A DNA stretch of 64,000 nucleotides from the NCBI GenBank assembly GCA_043811535.1, contig JBDRNC010000037.1:1-64000 (forward strand), given 5' to 3'. The notes beneath the pieces were generated by a model. The model was not told where the DNA came from. It did not search any database and saw only the letters and a list, made by a program, of their open reading frames with translations. The first letter of the stretch is position 1; each line of letters starts with the position of its first letter. The position numbers and the translations under genes were made by a program. Positions 37,729-46,901 of the stretch are shown here, one piece after another. The stretch is from Elusimicrobiota bacterium. GTDB taxonomy: Bacteria > Elusimicrobiota > Endomicrobiia > Endomicrobiales > JBDRNC01.

Positions 37729-37860
37729 CAGTTTGACAGAGCGAAGGTCCCGGTTTCCGAACTCATTTCCGCCGTTTAAAAAAGATGGAAATCAGTGATC
37801 TCAGCATAATAGAGCCCGATATAGAAGACGCGATCTCCAACCTGCATAGAAGTCTAAGCA
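37729..37860 (+). pseudogene. C-terminal remnant of an ABC transporter ATP-binding protein
   Basis: QFDRAKVPVSELISAV / KKMEISDLSIIEPDIEDAI joined by a 1-nt frameshift. Confidence 0.4.
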
Positions 37861-37969
37861 GATCACAATACTTTAAAAATGAGCCTGCACTTGACAAAAA
37901 ATATATTATTGCGTAACATATGGGTGCGTGTGCAGAAAATCCGGGAATTCGGCATTTTAAGGGATAAAG

Positions 37970-38962
37970 ATGAATTTAAAGGACATAGCAAAAAAGCTCC
38001 GCGTTTCGAGGTGGACCATATCCAGGGTCATAAATAACGAGAAATACGTCCGCGAATACACAAGAAAAAAGATATTGAAATATCTTAAAGGAATTAATTA
38101 CGTACCGAACTACCACGCCTCAAGCCTGGCAGGGAACAAGTCACGGCTGATATGTCTAACCCTTCCCACAAGTCAGGTCGTGGATTTCGATGTCTTCACG
38201 GGCGAAACCATGAAAAATATAAGTTCGGTCCTTGAAAACAACGGATATTATCTGATGATAATGTCCGGAGGGAAATATGATTCAAAGAAACTAATCCATT
38301 TTTACGAAACAAAGATGATAGGGGGGTTCATCATATTCGCTCCTTCGCAAGATGATATGCCCGAAATCAGAAAAATGCAGAGGTACGGGATACCGATCGT
38401 GATTGTGTTCTCCCACGATGCCAAGCTGGATTCATACATGAGCGACAACGTCCAAGGGGGCTACATGGCGACGAAGTATCTTATAGAAAGAGGCAGGGAA
38501 AAGATCGCGTTTATTCACGGCCATCCTCACTGGGTCGACTCTTCCGATAGATACCGCGGATTTTTAAATGCATTAAGTGAATCAAATGTCAGCTTGTACT
38601 CTGAATTTGTGGCGAACGGGTATTTCAGTTTCGAACAGGGAAGAGAGATCACCAGAAAACTCCTGCAGATGAAAGAAAAACCCGATGCGATATTTGCCTC
38701 AAACGATAAAATGGCGCTTGGCGCAGTGTCCGCTGCGGCGGAAATGAAAATGAAAATGCCGGAAGACATCTCGATAATCGGATATGACGGAATATATGAA
38801 GGTAAGTTCAACAACCCTCCGTTAACGACAGTTATGCAGCCTATAAGCGATATAGTGAAGGCGGCTTCTCTAAGGTTGTTGGATAAGGTGAAAGTTCGCA
38901 AAAAATTAAAACCGGTGGTAGGACTGTTTAATCCCGTTCTGGTGAGGAGGGGGACGGCATAA
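37970..38962 (+). CDS. LacI family transcriptional regulator
   Basis: LKDIAKKLRVSRWTISRVIN HTH, YVPN, AIFASND.MA, SIIGYD, PPLTTV.QP. Confidence 0.95.
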   Translation: MNLKDIAKKLRVSRWTISRVINNEKYVREYTRKKILKYLKGINYVPNYHASSLAGNKSRLICLTLPTSQVVDFDVFTGETMKNISSVLENNGYYLMIMSGGKYDSKKLIHFYETKMIGGFIIFAPSQDDMPEIRKMQRYGIPIVIVFSHDAKLDSYMSDNVQGGYMATKYLIERGREKIAFIHGHPHWVDSSDRYRGFLNALSESNVSLYSEFVANGYFSFEQGREITRKLLQMKEKPDAIFASNDKMALGAVSAAAEMKMKMPEDISIIGYDGIYEGKFNNPPLTTVMQPISDIVKAASLRLLDKVKVRKKLKPVVGLFNPVLVRRGTA

Positions 38963-39038
38963 ACAAGCCACAACGTGGCTGTGGGTTTTGCTCTGCCGGT
39001 AAGGAAAGGTAATTTATTTAAAAAAGGAAAGGTAATTT

Positions 39039-40019
39039 ATGAAAAAAATGATAGCTTTAGTTGTCTGCACATGCTGTTTCTTATGTTTGATGGGCGGTAA
39101 TCTTAAGGCGGCGACTGCATCGATTGATACTTTTGACGACAGCACCCTCTGGAGCCCTTTGGGGAACGTTTCCGTTGAGAAAGCAAAAGGCGTAAAAAAC
39201 GACTGCGTCTCCTTAAAGTTTGAACTGAGCGATTCCCAATTATGGGTTGGTATTGCCAGGGATTTTGACAGTATAATAATACCCAGTGGCTATTACACGA
39301 TCAGTTTTTTAATGAAAGGGGAAGGGGAGAATAATATAGAGTTTAAGCTGATGGACGCGAAAGGGAACGTTTTTATGAAAAGATGGGACAACTATAAATT
39401 AAAGAGAGACTGGGAAACGATAAAATTAAACAAAGGTGATGTTGCTTTTGCGTGGGGTCCCGACACACAGCCTAGTCTTGGCGAAGTAAAACGGGTGGAG
39501 ATAATAGCTTCAAAGGGCAAAAACGGTAAGGGTTCGGTATTTATAGATGATCTTAACATCAGCGAGCCGGACAAGAGTGAAATCCAGGGCAAGATTGAAG
39601 GTATCAAAGGAGTGTCCGCATTGTCAAGCGAAGAGACATGCAATGCCGGAATGGCGGTTGACGGCTTAATGGAAACCAGATGGAGCAGTGCGTTCTCAGA
39701 CCCCCAGTGGATAAAACTGGACCTCGGTGGGAAAAAAGTCATTGACAAAGTTGTCATTTGTTGGGAAACGGCGTACGCCAAGAAGTATCAGATACAGGTC
39801 TCCCAAGACGATAAAAAGTGGTACGTAGCGAGTGTTCAGAATCAGGGTTCGGGCGGAAGAAGCGCCGTAAAAATTGACCCTATTGAGGTGCGTTATGTAA
39901 GGATGTACGGGACCGAAAGAGCCAGCGGCTGGGGATACTCGATTTGGGAGTTTGAGGTTTACGAAAGCAAGAACAAGCCGGTTCCGCTTTCAAATCTTGC
40001 TGTATTCAGCGACAAATAG
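39039..40019 (+). CDS. secreted CBM11-like + discoidin (F5/8 type C, CBM32) protein
   Basis: signal peptide; IEFKLMD; AVDG..TRWSS.FSDPQWI.LDLG...WETAYAK.Y...GYSIWEFEVY. Confidence 0.85.
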   Translation: MKKMIALVVCTCCFLCLMGGNLKAATASIDTFDDSTLWSPLGNVSVEKAKGVKNDCVSLKFELSDSQLWVGIARDFDSIIIPSGYYTISFLMKGEGENNIEFKLMDAKGNVFMKRWDNYKLKRDWETIKLNKGDVAFAWGPDTQPSLGEVKRVEIIASKGKNGKGSVFIDDLNISEPDKSEIQGKIEGIKGVSALSSEETCNAGMAVDGLMETRWSSAFSDPQWIKLDLGGKKVIDKVVICWETAYAKKYQIQVSQDDKKWYVASVQNQGSGGRSAVKIDPIEVRYVRMYGTERASGWGYSIWEFEVYESKNKPVPLSNLAVFSDK

Positions 40020-40082
40020 GTTGTAAAGACAAGTTTGTACATCTTGGTAATATAAAAACCATATGATGAGTTTATTCCCATG

Positions 40083-40602
40083 CCACATTTAAGGTCGAAG
40101 TGCAACGGCCTAGCAGTTGAGCGACTTCTAATGGGGACTTAATCCCCAGGCACTTTCTTGGCCTGTTATTGGTTTTGTTCTGTATCCAGTTAAGCTGTTC
40201 AATAGAAATAGTATCAAAGTCAGTGCCCTTTGGCAAATATCTATGGATTAGACCGTTAATCTGTTCGTCGGACCCACGCGCAAAAGAATCATAAAGGATG
40301 AGCGAAAAAACATCTAACGCTGGTTTTACAGTCAATCCCGCGGTTATGCCCGCCGCCGCGGGCCCGACTCCTGTCGGGGGAGGAATGCGAACGGAGCCGC
40401 GGGAGGTCGCGTAATTTTTGGAGCCTCCCCGACTCTTTCGGGGAGGGGCTCCACTGCGTTCATGTTCGGTGTTTTCCGACCCATTATCCAGGATTAATGT
40501 CTTACGCATGAACATTGGCAGCTGTTTCAGATGCCTAGTAACGGCGCTGGTCGTTTCTAATGACCCTTTCTTTGGCATTTTTGTGATAAAGAGCAAGCGC
40601 AT
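40083..40602 (-). mobile_element. IS30-family transposase remnant with hairpin insertion
   Basis: TLILDNGSEN, RGS.EQINGLIHRYLPKGTDF, NNRPRKCLG.KSP; GTTGCACTT...TTAAA right-end-like sequence; N-terminus missing. Confidence 0.85.
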
Positions 40603-40717
40603 TCAACGTTCTGTTAAAGGATTGAGGGCAACCGGGCATTCCGGTGGAAAGCTTAAGGTTTCTTTTGCCGCGACGGGCTCAGAACAGACGATGACAATTA
40701 TTAATAGAAAGTAACCC

Positions 40718-43700
40718 ATGAATAAAACTTTTCTTTGTTGTGTAGTTGTATTTTCGGCGATTGCGGTGGCCTGTGCCCAGCCCGCGGGTTGGAAAGTGAC
40801 GGCGTCATCTTTTGAGAAGGACCTGATGAAACCCGAAAACGTGCTGGATGAGAATATGCAGACGCGCTGGTCAAGCGAATTTTCGGACCCACAGTGGCTG
40901 CAGCTTGACTTCGGTAAATCCAAGGATATCTGCGGCCTTGTGATAAACTGGGAAGCGGCCTACGGAAAAACATACGACGTGCAGGTGTCGGAGAGCGGCA
41001 CGAAATGGGAAACTGTATACTCGGTCGTTGACGGCGACGGTTCCACGGATGATATATTCTTCGCAAAGACAAAAACAAGATACATAAGGATCTTCGGCAA
41101 GGAAAGGGGCACTTCATGGGGCTATTCCGTATGGGAAGTAAAGGTGAGAGGGTCGGAGAGCGTACCGGTGGTTGATTCGTCGTCAAAGATTAAAGGATGC
41201 GAAGCCGAAAACATCTTTGACGGAAAAATGGAGACGGGCTGGAAGAGCGCGCCCGGAGACGAAGAATGGTTATCGGTCGATCTCAAGGCACCTAAACAGA
41301 TTGGAGGCCTTGAGATATATTGGGGAAACGATTACGCGCGCGAATATGAAATACACGGATATTCAGGCGACAGCTGGAAGAGCCTTTTCACGACATCAAA
41401 AGGCAACGGAGGCAAGGACACGGCTTACATGGACATGGTTACGGTCTCAAAGATCAGGATTTCAATGATAAAAAGCAGCGGCTCGGGCTATGGAATACAG
41501 GAAATTATTTTCAAGGGTCCGGACGAAGCGGCAACCCCGCAAAAGACCTTTGAACTGGCGGCGATGGAAGCGCCGGTCGGATATTACCCGAGATGGTTGG
41601 TAAAGCAGCAGGTTTACTGGACGGTGCTCGGAGTGGACAGAGACCCCGCAGAATCACTTTTCAGCGAGGACGGGGCGATAGAGCCTTTCTTTCACAGTTT
41701 TTCAATAGAACCATTCCTGTACATTAACGACTCGCTGATTTCATACGGACAAGCCGAAGTAAGCCAGTCCCTTGAAAAGAGCTATCTCCCCATCCCGACG
41801 GTCACATGGAAAACCGGTGGGCTGGAATTCAGGCAGACGGCGTTCGCGGCCGGGGAGCTGGGCGAATCGGGCAGTTACGTTAGATACACGATTGAAAATA
41901 AAACGCCGGACGAGATTAATGGCAAACTCTTTATCGCGGTAAGGCCCTTTCAGGTCAATCCCCCGTGGCAGTACGGAGGTTTAACTGAAATCAGAAGCAT
42001 CAAGTTTGACAAGACTACCTTTCCCGCGGTTTTTGTTAACGGCACCGCCGCCGTCGTGTCTTTCAGCGAACCTTCTGGTTTCGGCGCGCAGAAAACGGAA
42101 GACGGCGAGGTCGTGGAGACCCTGAAATTGGGCTTACTGCCTCCCCTGCAGGAGCTGACCGACAAGGATAAGTACGCCTCGGGTGCGCTTGAATACGCTT
42201 TTACAATCCCCTCAGGTGGGATTAAGGAATATTATTCTTACGTACCGATGTACAAGGCAAGCATTCATGAAGAGGTTCCTGCGGGCAAAACGCTGGGCGA
42301 ATATTTCAACACGCTGCTTCAGGCGAATATAAAGACATGGGAGACGCGGCTTGATACAATCAAGATAGGCATACCCGAAAAAGAAATAATAGACGCAATG
42401 AAGACCCACCTTGCGTACATACTTATAAACCGCGACGGGCCTCTCGTTCAGCCCGGCCCCCGCAACTACCAGCGCTCATGGATGCGCGACGGCGCGATAA
42501 TCAACGCGGCTCTGTTGAGAACGGGTTTCGCCGCCGAGGCCAGGGAATACGTTGATTTCATGGTAACGATGCAGGAGCCCGACGGTTTTGTGCCGTTCAT
42601 GGTAGAGGTCAACAAGATGCCGGACTGGGCCAGGAGCTGGACGGAATACGACAGCCAGGGTGAGTTCGTTTACGCGATAATGGATATCTATCGTTTCACG
42701 AACAAAAAAAGCATATTGAAGAAGTACATGCCTGCGGCGAAAAAGTCCATGCAGTACATCAGGATGCTCAGGAATACGCGGATGACCGAGGAGTATTCAA
42801 ACGGCCCGGATGACATGAAAAAATTCTACGGGCTCGTGCCGCCGTCCAACAGTCATGAAGGTTACTTTCCCGCGGTGCACAGCTACTGGGACGACTTTTT
42901 TACGCTCAAAGGCTGGAAAGACATGGCCGAGATGGCGGGAATACTCGGCGACAAGGACACCAAAACATGGGCGAATGATCAGACCGCGGATTTTAGAAAG
43001 ACGTTCTACGATTCAATGCGGCTCGTGATGCAGTTGAAGAATCTCGACACCTTGCCGGCATCGGCCGACTATGCCGATTTTGACCCTACTTCCACGTCAA
43101 TCGGTTTGTTCCCGTGCGAAGAATACGACTTCATACCGCGTCCGCAGCTGGATAACACTTTTAATAAATACTACGAGGAGACCTTCCTGCCGAAACTGAA
43201 ATCCGACTGGAAGGGCGGCTATACGCCTTACGAACAGAGGAACGCGCTTTCGTTCCTTATAATGGGCCAGAAGGACAGAGCGCTTGCGATGGTCAGGTAT
43301 TTCGTCTCCGCGTCGCGCCCGCGTGCGTGGAACGAACTCGCGGAAGTAGTTTTCGACAATTACAGGCACCCGCAGTACATCGGCGATATGCCCCATACAT
43401 GGATAAGCGCGGAAGTAGTCAGCACGATACGCAGCCTGTTCATATACGAGAACAAGGACACGCTTGAGCTTGCGAAGGGCGTGGACGGAAAATGGCTCAG
43501 GGAGGGCGATGGAGTCAGTGTATCGAACGCGCCGACATACTGGGGTAATGTCAGTTACACCGCTAAACAGGAAGGCGACATGTTGAAAATAAATGTTTCC
43601 GGTAAAGTAAAACCACCGAACGGGTTTTCGTTCGCGCTGCCGGAAGACGAAAAACTCAAGGAACTGAAAATCAACGGTAAGACGATACAAGAGATCGCTG

Positions 43701-43762
43701 GCGGCGAGATCAAATTCAGTAAACTGCCCGCAGAGATAATTGCCGTACTGGAGAGGAAATGA
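40718..43762 (+). CDS. secreted 2x discoidin/CBM32 + (alpha/alpha)6 glycoside hydrolase-like protein
   Basis: two F5/8C domains; QPGPRNYQRSWMRDGA, EYDSQGE, SHEGY, HSYWDDF, YIGDMPHTW. Confidence 0.8.
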   Translation: MNKTFLCCVVVFSAIAVACAQPAGWKVTASSFEKDLMKPENVLDENMQTRWSSEFSDPQWLQLDFGKSKDICGLVINWEAAYGKTYDVQVSESGTKWETVYSVVDGDGSTDDIFFAKTKTRYIRIFGKERGTSWGYSVWEVKVRGSESVPVVDSSSKIKGCEAENIFDGKMETGWKSAPGDEEWLSVDLKAPKQIGGLEIYWGNDYAREYEIHGYSGDSWKSLFTTSKGNGGKDTAYMDMVTVSKIRISMIKSSGSGYGIQEIIFKGPDEAATPQKTFELAAMEAPVGYYPRWLVKQQVYWTVLGVDRDPAESLFSEDGAIEPFFHSFSIEPFLYINDSLISYGQAEVSQSLEKSYLPIPTVTWKTGGLEFRQTAFAAGELGESGSYVRYTIENKTPDEINGKLFIAVRPFQVNPPWQYGGLTEIRSIKFDKTTFPAVFVNGTAAVVSFSEPSGFGAQKTEDGEVVETLKLGLLPPLQELTDKDKYASGALEYAFTIPSGGIKEYYSYVPMYKASIHEEVPAGKTLGEYFNTLLQANIKTWETRLDTIKIGIPEKEIIDAMKTHLAYILINRDGPLVQPGPRNYQRSWMRDGAIINAALLRTGFAAEAREYVDFMVTMQEPDGFVPFMVEVNKMPDWARSWTEYDSQGEFVYAIMDIYRFTNKKSILKKYMPAAKKSMQYIRMLRNTRMTEEYSNGPDDMKKFYGLVPPSNSHEGYFPAVHSYWDDFFTLKGWKDMAEMAGILGDKDTKTWANDQTADFRKTFYDSMRLVMQLKNLDTLPASADYADFDPTSTSIGLFPCEEYDFIPRPQLDNTFNKYYEETFLPKLKSDWKGGYTPYEQRNALSFLIMGQKDRALAMVRYFVSASRPRAWNELAEVVFDNYRHPQYIGDMPHTWISAEVVSTIRSLFIYENKDTLELAKGVDGKWLREGDGVSVSNAPTYWGNVSYTAKQEGDMLKINVSGKVKPPNGFSFALPEDEKLKELKINGKTIQEIAGGEIKFSKLPAEIIAVLERK

Positions 43763-43833
43763 CGAGAAAATCGATGGTCGCTTTGATTGCCACGGCGCTG
43801 TGTCTCTGCTTGTCTCAGTCATGGGCGAGTGAG

Positions 43834-44027
43834 TGGTCTGCCCCGTTCAAAATTGTACCAGTAATGCGTATGAAAATTTTATTGTAAAATAAACAAGAAA
43901 TTGTAAATATGTTTTCAATATATGAACTAGTACCTAAATTAAGGATTATTAAATTTCAAGTATTATTGATGTTTTTGTGAGTAAAAACAGCAATTTGAGT
44001 GGTACAATATTATGATGGGGCAGTCCA
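43834..44027. mobile_element. 194-bp MITE / internally deleted IS3-like element
   Basis: terminal inverted repeats TGGTCTGCCCCGTTCAAAATTGTACCA and (rev. comp.) TGGACTGCCCCATCATAATATTGTACCA; AT-rich core. Confidence 0.65.
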
Positions 44028-44117
44028 ACGAATTTGATAGAGCCGCAGTTAACCTTCTTTGCCCTAAAGATTGTCATGAAGTGGAGACTTTCGGGTAAAA
44101 GTAATAAAGTGCGTGAA

Positions 44118-44147
44118 TTGACTACTATCAAAAACATATTGTATAAT
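44118..44147 (+). promoter_or_regulatory. promoter for tRNA-Leu
   Basis: TTGACT-18-TATAAT. Confidence 0.6.
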
Positions 44148-44298
44148 GAACAATCTTTGAAAAACGCCGGGGTGGCCCCGAATAACGCTTCGCGTATACG
44201 GGGTAAACTCCACAAAGTCCCTTCGGGACTTGTTCCTTAGTTGTTGCAGTTTGGTCTTTAATTGATAACTGGTAATTGCCCATTGTTAATTGAAAAAC

Positions 44299-44384
44299 GC
44301 CGGGGTGGCGGAACTGGCAGACGCACAGGACTTAAAATCCTGAGCCCCTCAGGGGGCGTGAGAGTTCAATTCTCTCCCCCGGCA
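44299..44384 (+). tRNA. tRNA-Leu(TAA)
   Basis: GCCGGGG/CCCCGGC acceptor, CAGGA-CTTAAAA-TCCTG anticodon arm, long variable arm, GTTCAAT T loop; CCA not encoded. Confidence 0.95.
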
Positions 44385-44512
44385 GTAGATTTTCGCGAAG
44401 CGAAAATCTACGAAGCCCCGATTTATCGGGGCGGTCAACTTTCAAATTTCTAATTTCGCATTTACTAGATACGAAATACGAGATACCAGATACTGTTTTT
44501 AAGGGAGTATTT

Positions 44513-44797
44513 ATGCAAGAACGCAGGACGAGAGACGACAGAAGAAGCGGCATTGACAGAAGAAAAACTAATATTCCCGTGGCTGTGAACAGACGGGCAA
44601 GCGGGGAGCGGCGGAGCGGTAAAGACCGCCGGTTGGACAAGGATAGAAGAGTATTTTGGGATAAAAGATCGCCCATAAACAGAAGGAAGGTCGCGGACAG
44701 GCGGAAGGTCATTATCCCGGTAATACCTGACCAGAGAACAGGCAATGACCGGCGCGGAGGCCATGAACGCAGGTTGCACCGCAGAAGGCTTAAGTAA
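44513..44797 (+). CDS. small Arg-rich [D/E/N]RR-repeat protein
   Basis: GGGAG RBS; about a dozen [DEN]RR-like units, often 6 aa apart. Confidence 0.7.
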   Translation: MQERRTRDDRRSGIDRRKTNIPVAVNRRASGERRSGKDRRLDKDRRVFWDKRSPINRRKVADRRKVIIPVIPDQRTGNDRRGGHERRLHRRRLK

Positions 44798-44846
44798 TTT
44801 AATGTTACAGGAAATCCTAAAGAAAGCAAGGTTGAAAAACATATAG

Positions 44847-45746
44847 ATGGTTATTGAATTAATTGAGAGGATTGTCATGCCCGGCAGGCAGAAAGACACG
44901 TTGATAGATTTTGATTCGATAGAAAAGAATCTGGAACATGTACACCAGTTGAATTTGGGCGTGAAACAGATCCCGATAGACAAGATAGTCGGCAGCCTGG
45001 GCAGGTACCAGGATTTTAACGATAAGTTCCTGCCCCACCCGGAACGGCTGAGCGAGAAATACCAGAGCGTGAAACGCGCCATCGATGCCGGGATAATACT
45101 CCCGCCGATCAAGGTTTATCAGATACTGGATAATTATTTCGTGATAGACGGCCATCACCGCGTGACGATCGCGAAGAACGAGTTGAATGCTCCTGATATA
45201 GACGCTGAGGTGATCAAGATAGGGTTTGACATTGAATTGTCGTCGAATAAAAAATTCGCTTACAACACTGAACGAGCAAAAGATTTCCTTATTAAACTCC
45301 AGCAGGAGGTCTTTCAGCGCGAAACATTGCTGAAGAACAGCATGCTCATATATCCGCTCAACGTTACGGACCTTACGGGTTACGGCAAGCTGCTGGAAGA
45401 GATAGAAGGGTTCAGGAATAGCTTCAATGACGGGGAATACGCGAAAAAACCTATCATTTACGCGAGCCACATCTGGTACGAAACTAGGTTTCTTCCGGCA
45501 GTCAGGATAATACTCGAGGAAGAGGTATTGAAGGATTATCCAAACCGCACTTACACTGACCTGTACATATGGCTGCAGCAGCACAAGTATTTCTTGAGCC
45601 AGCGAGCGGGATATGACGTCGGTTTTGATTTCACCGCTACTGATTTCAAGAAGAAAAAAACAAAAAGGCATCCGGTTTTTGACCTTCTGCCGCCGGTGGT
45701 GAAGGACATATTAAGGACAATAAAAGCGGAGATAGAGAAAATATAA
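44847..45746 (+). CDS. ParB/Srx-like N-terminal domain protein (DUF4032-like)
   Basis: LGVKQIPIDKIVGS.GRY.DF...F.P, LPPIKVYQ...YFVIDGHHRV, RTYTDLYIW. Confidence 0.8.
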   Translation: MVIELIERIVMPGRQKDTLIDFDSIEKNLEHVHQLNLGVKQIPIDKIVGSLGRYQDFNDKFLPHPERLSEKYQSVKRAIDAGIILPPIKVYQILDNYFVIDGHHRVTIAKNELNAPDIDAEVIKIGFDIELSSNKKFAYNTERAKDFLIKLQQEVFQRETLLKNSMLIYPLNVTDLTGYGKLLEEIEGFRNSFNDGEYAKKPIIYASHIWYETRFLPAVRIILEEEVLKDYPNRTYTDLYIWLQQHKYFLSQRAGYDVGFDFTATDFKKKKTKRHPVFDLLPPVVKDILRTIKAEIEKI

Positions 45747-45765
45747 ATGTGTTCGAGGTCCCCTC

Positions 45766-46500
45766 TTGAAAATCCTGGCTGTGTCGGACGAGACCAGTAA
45801 TACGCTTGAAAGCATGGTTGTCCGTTCATCCGAGAAACTGAAGGATATAAACCTTATCCTCGCGTGCGGAGACCTCGATAGAGATTATATGGAATTCCTT
45901 GTCGACGGGCTGGACAAGGAATTTTTCTTTGTGTCGGGCAATCACGTCCAGGAAGAGGATGATGAGACATACCTTGGCTTTGAAATAATCGACAGGTTGT
46001 GGGACACGATAAAAACATCGGCCGAAAAAATAATAAAATGCATTGCCGGGCAGGAAGACCTACACGGCAGGGTATCGGTCTTCCGTGACTATCTGATAGC
46101 TGGTTTCGGCGGTTCAAGATGGTACAACGGCAGGGGCAACCAATTCAAGGAAAGCGAAATGGCGCGTGTCGTAAATAAAGTAATAACAAAAATCCGGTTT
46201 TTCAGAATGCATGACAAACTGTTAGGTCTGAAACGTAAGGAAATAATCGTAATATCACACGCCCCGCCATCCGGAGTGCATGACCAGAGCGACCTGCCGC
46301 ACACGGGGTTCAAGTGCTTCCATAAACTCATCAAGAAAATGTCGCCCCTGCTCTGGCTGCACGGGCATGTTCACTTGCAGAATGCCCGGCAAAGCCAGAT
46401 AACCATGGCCGGCAATACTACCGTAGTAAACTGCTGCGGTTACAAGTTCATAAAGGTGGAAAGAAAAAAGATCCAGGTTTCCAATAAGTACGATATATAA
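45766..46500 (+). CDS. calcineurin-like metallophosphoesterase
   Basis: ILAVSD, CGDL, GNH, SHAPP, HGHVH; TTG start with GAGG RBS. Confidence 0.9.
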   Translation: MKILAVSDETSNTLESMVVRSSEKLKDINLILACGDLDRDYMEFLVDGLDKEFFFVSGNHVQEEDDETYLGFEIIDRLWDTIKTSAEKIIKCIAGQEDLHGRVSVFRDYLIAGFGGSRWYNGRGNQFKESEMARVVNKVITKIRFFRMHDKLLGLKRKEIIVISHAPPSGVHDQSDLPHTGFKCFHKLIKKMSPLLWLHGHVHLQNARQSQITMAGNTTVVNCCGYKFIKVERKKIQVSNKYDI

Positions 46501-46586
46501 CGACAGTATCTAGTAAAGACGAAAATCCTTGACAACAAGACCTTAAAGTAGTACAATAACGGACGCTTAAATAGAATTTACTTAAT

Positions 46587-46660
<74 letters not shown>

Positions 46661-46671
46661 TATTTTTTCTG

Positions 46672-46708
46672 GCGACAGGCAGACGGTATGCCCGTCGCTT
46701 TTTGTTTT
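46672..46708 (+). terminator. intrinsic terminator after tRNA-fMet
   Basis: GCGACAGGCA / TGCCCGTCGC stem plus T-run. Confidence 0.65.
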
Positions 46709-46901
46709 AGCAGTAATGAAGTCAGGTTTCCGTCATAACGGCATGGCGGATTTCGCCCCGGAGGCTCAACTTTCATTTAATGAAACACATTGAAATATTC
46801 ATCGTAAAATGGTTAAATAGATAGACATAAATGCGAGAAATTCGGTATAGAAGCGGGTGTTCGGCTTTCACTGGATTTAATTGATAAAAGGACATATTCA
46901 C

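Larger units (their letters stand above)
43759..44240 (+). pseudogene. secreted-protein gene interrupted after codon 25 by a MITE
   Basis: ATGA overlap with upstream gene; signal peptide MTRKSMVALIATALCLCLSQSWASE; frame continues (TNLIEPQ...) when 43834-44027 is removed. Confidence 0.45.
37271..44339. mobile_element. decayed genomic island bounded by duplicated tRNA-Leu 5' region; no integrase
   Basis: 37271-37349 vs 44231-44309 match 75/79; CGCACAGGACTTAAAATC at both ends; cargo with IS relics and gene fragments. Confidence 0.6.

Noticed and set aside
37271..44309. Repeated GCCGGGGTGGC-containing units as a CRISPR array
   Set aside because: Only three copies, irregular spacing, derived from tRNA-Leu; no cas genes
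44262..44453. ORFs overlapping tRNA-Leu (and 46448-46660 over tRNA-fMet)
   Set aside because: Translations of tRNA sequence
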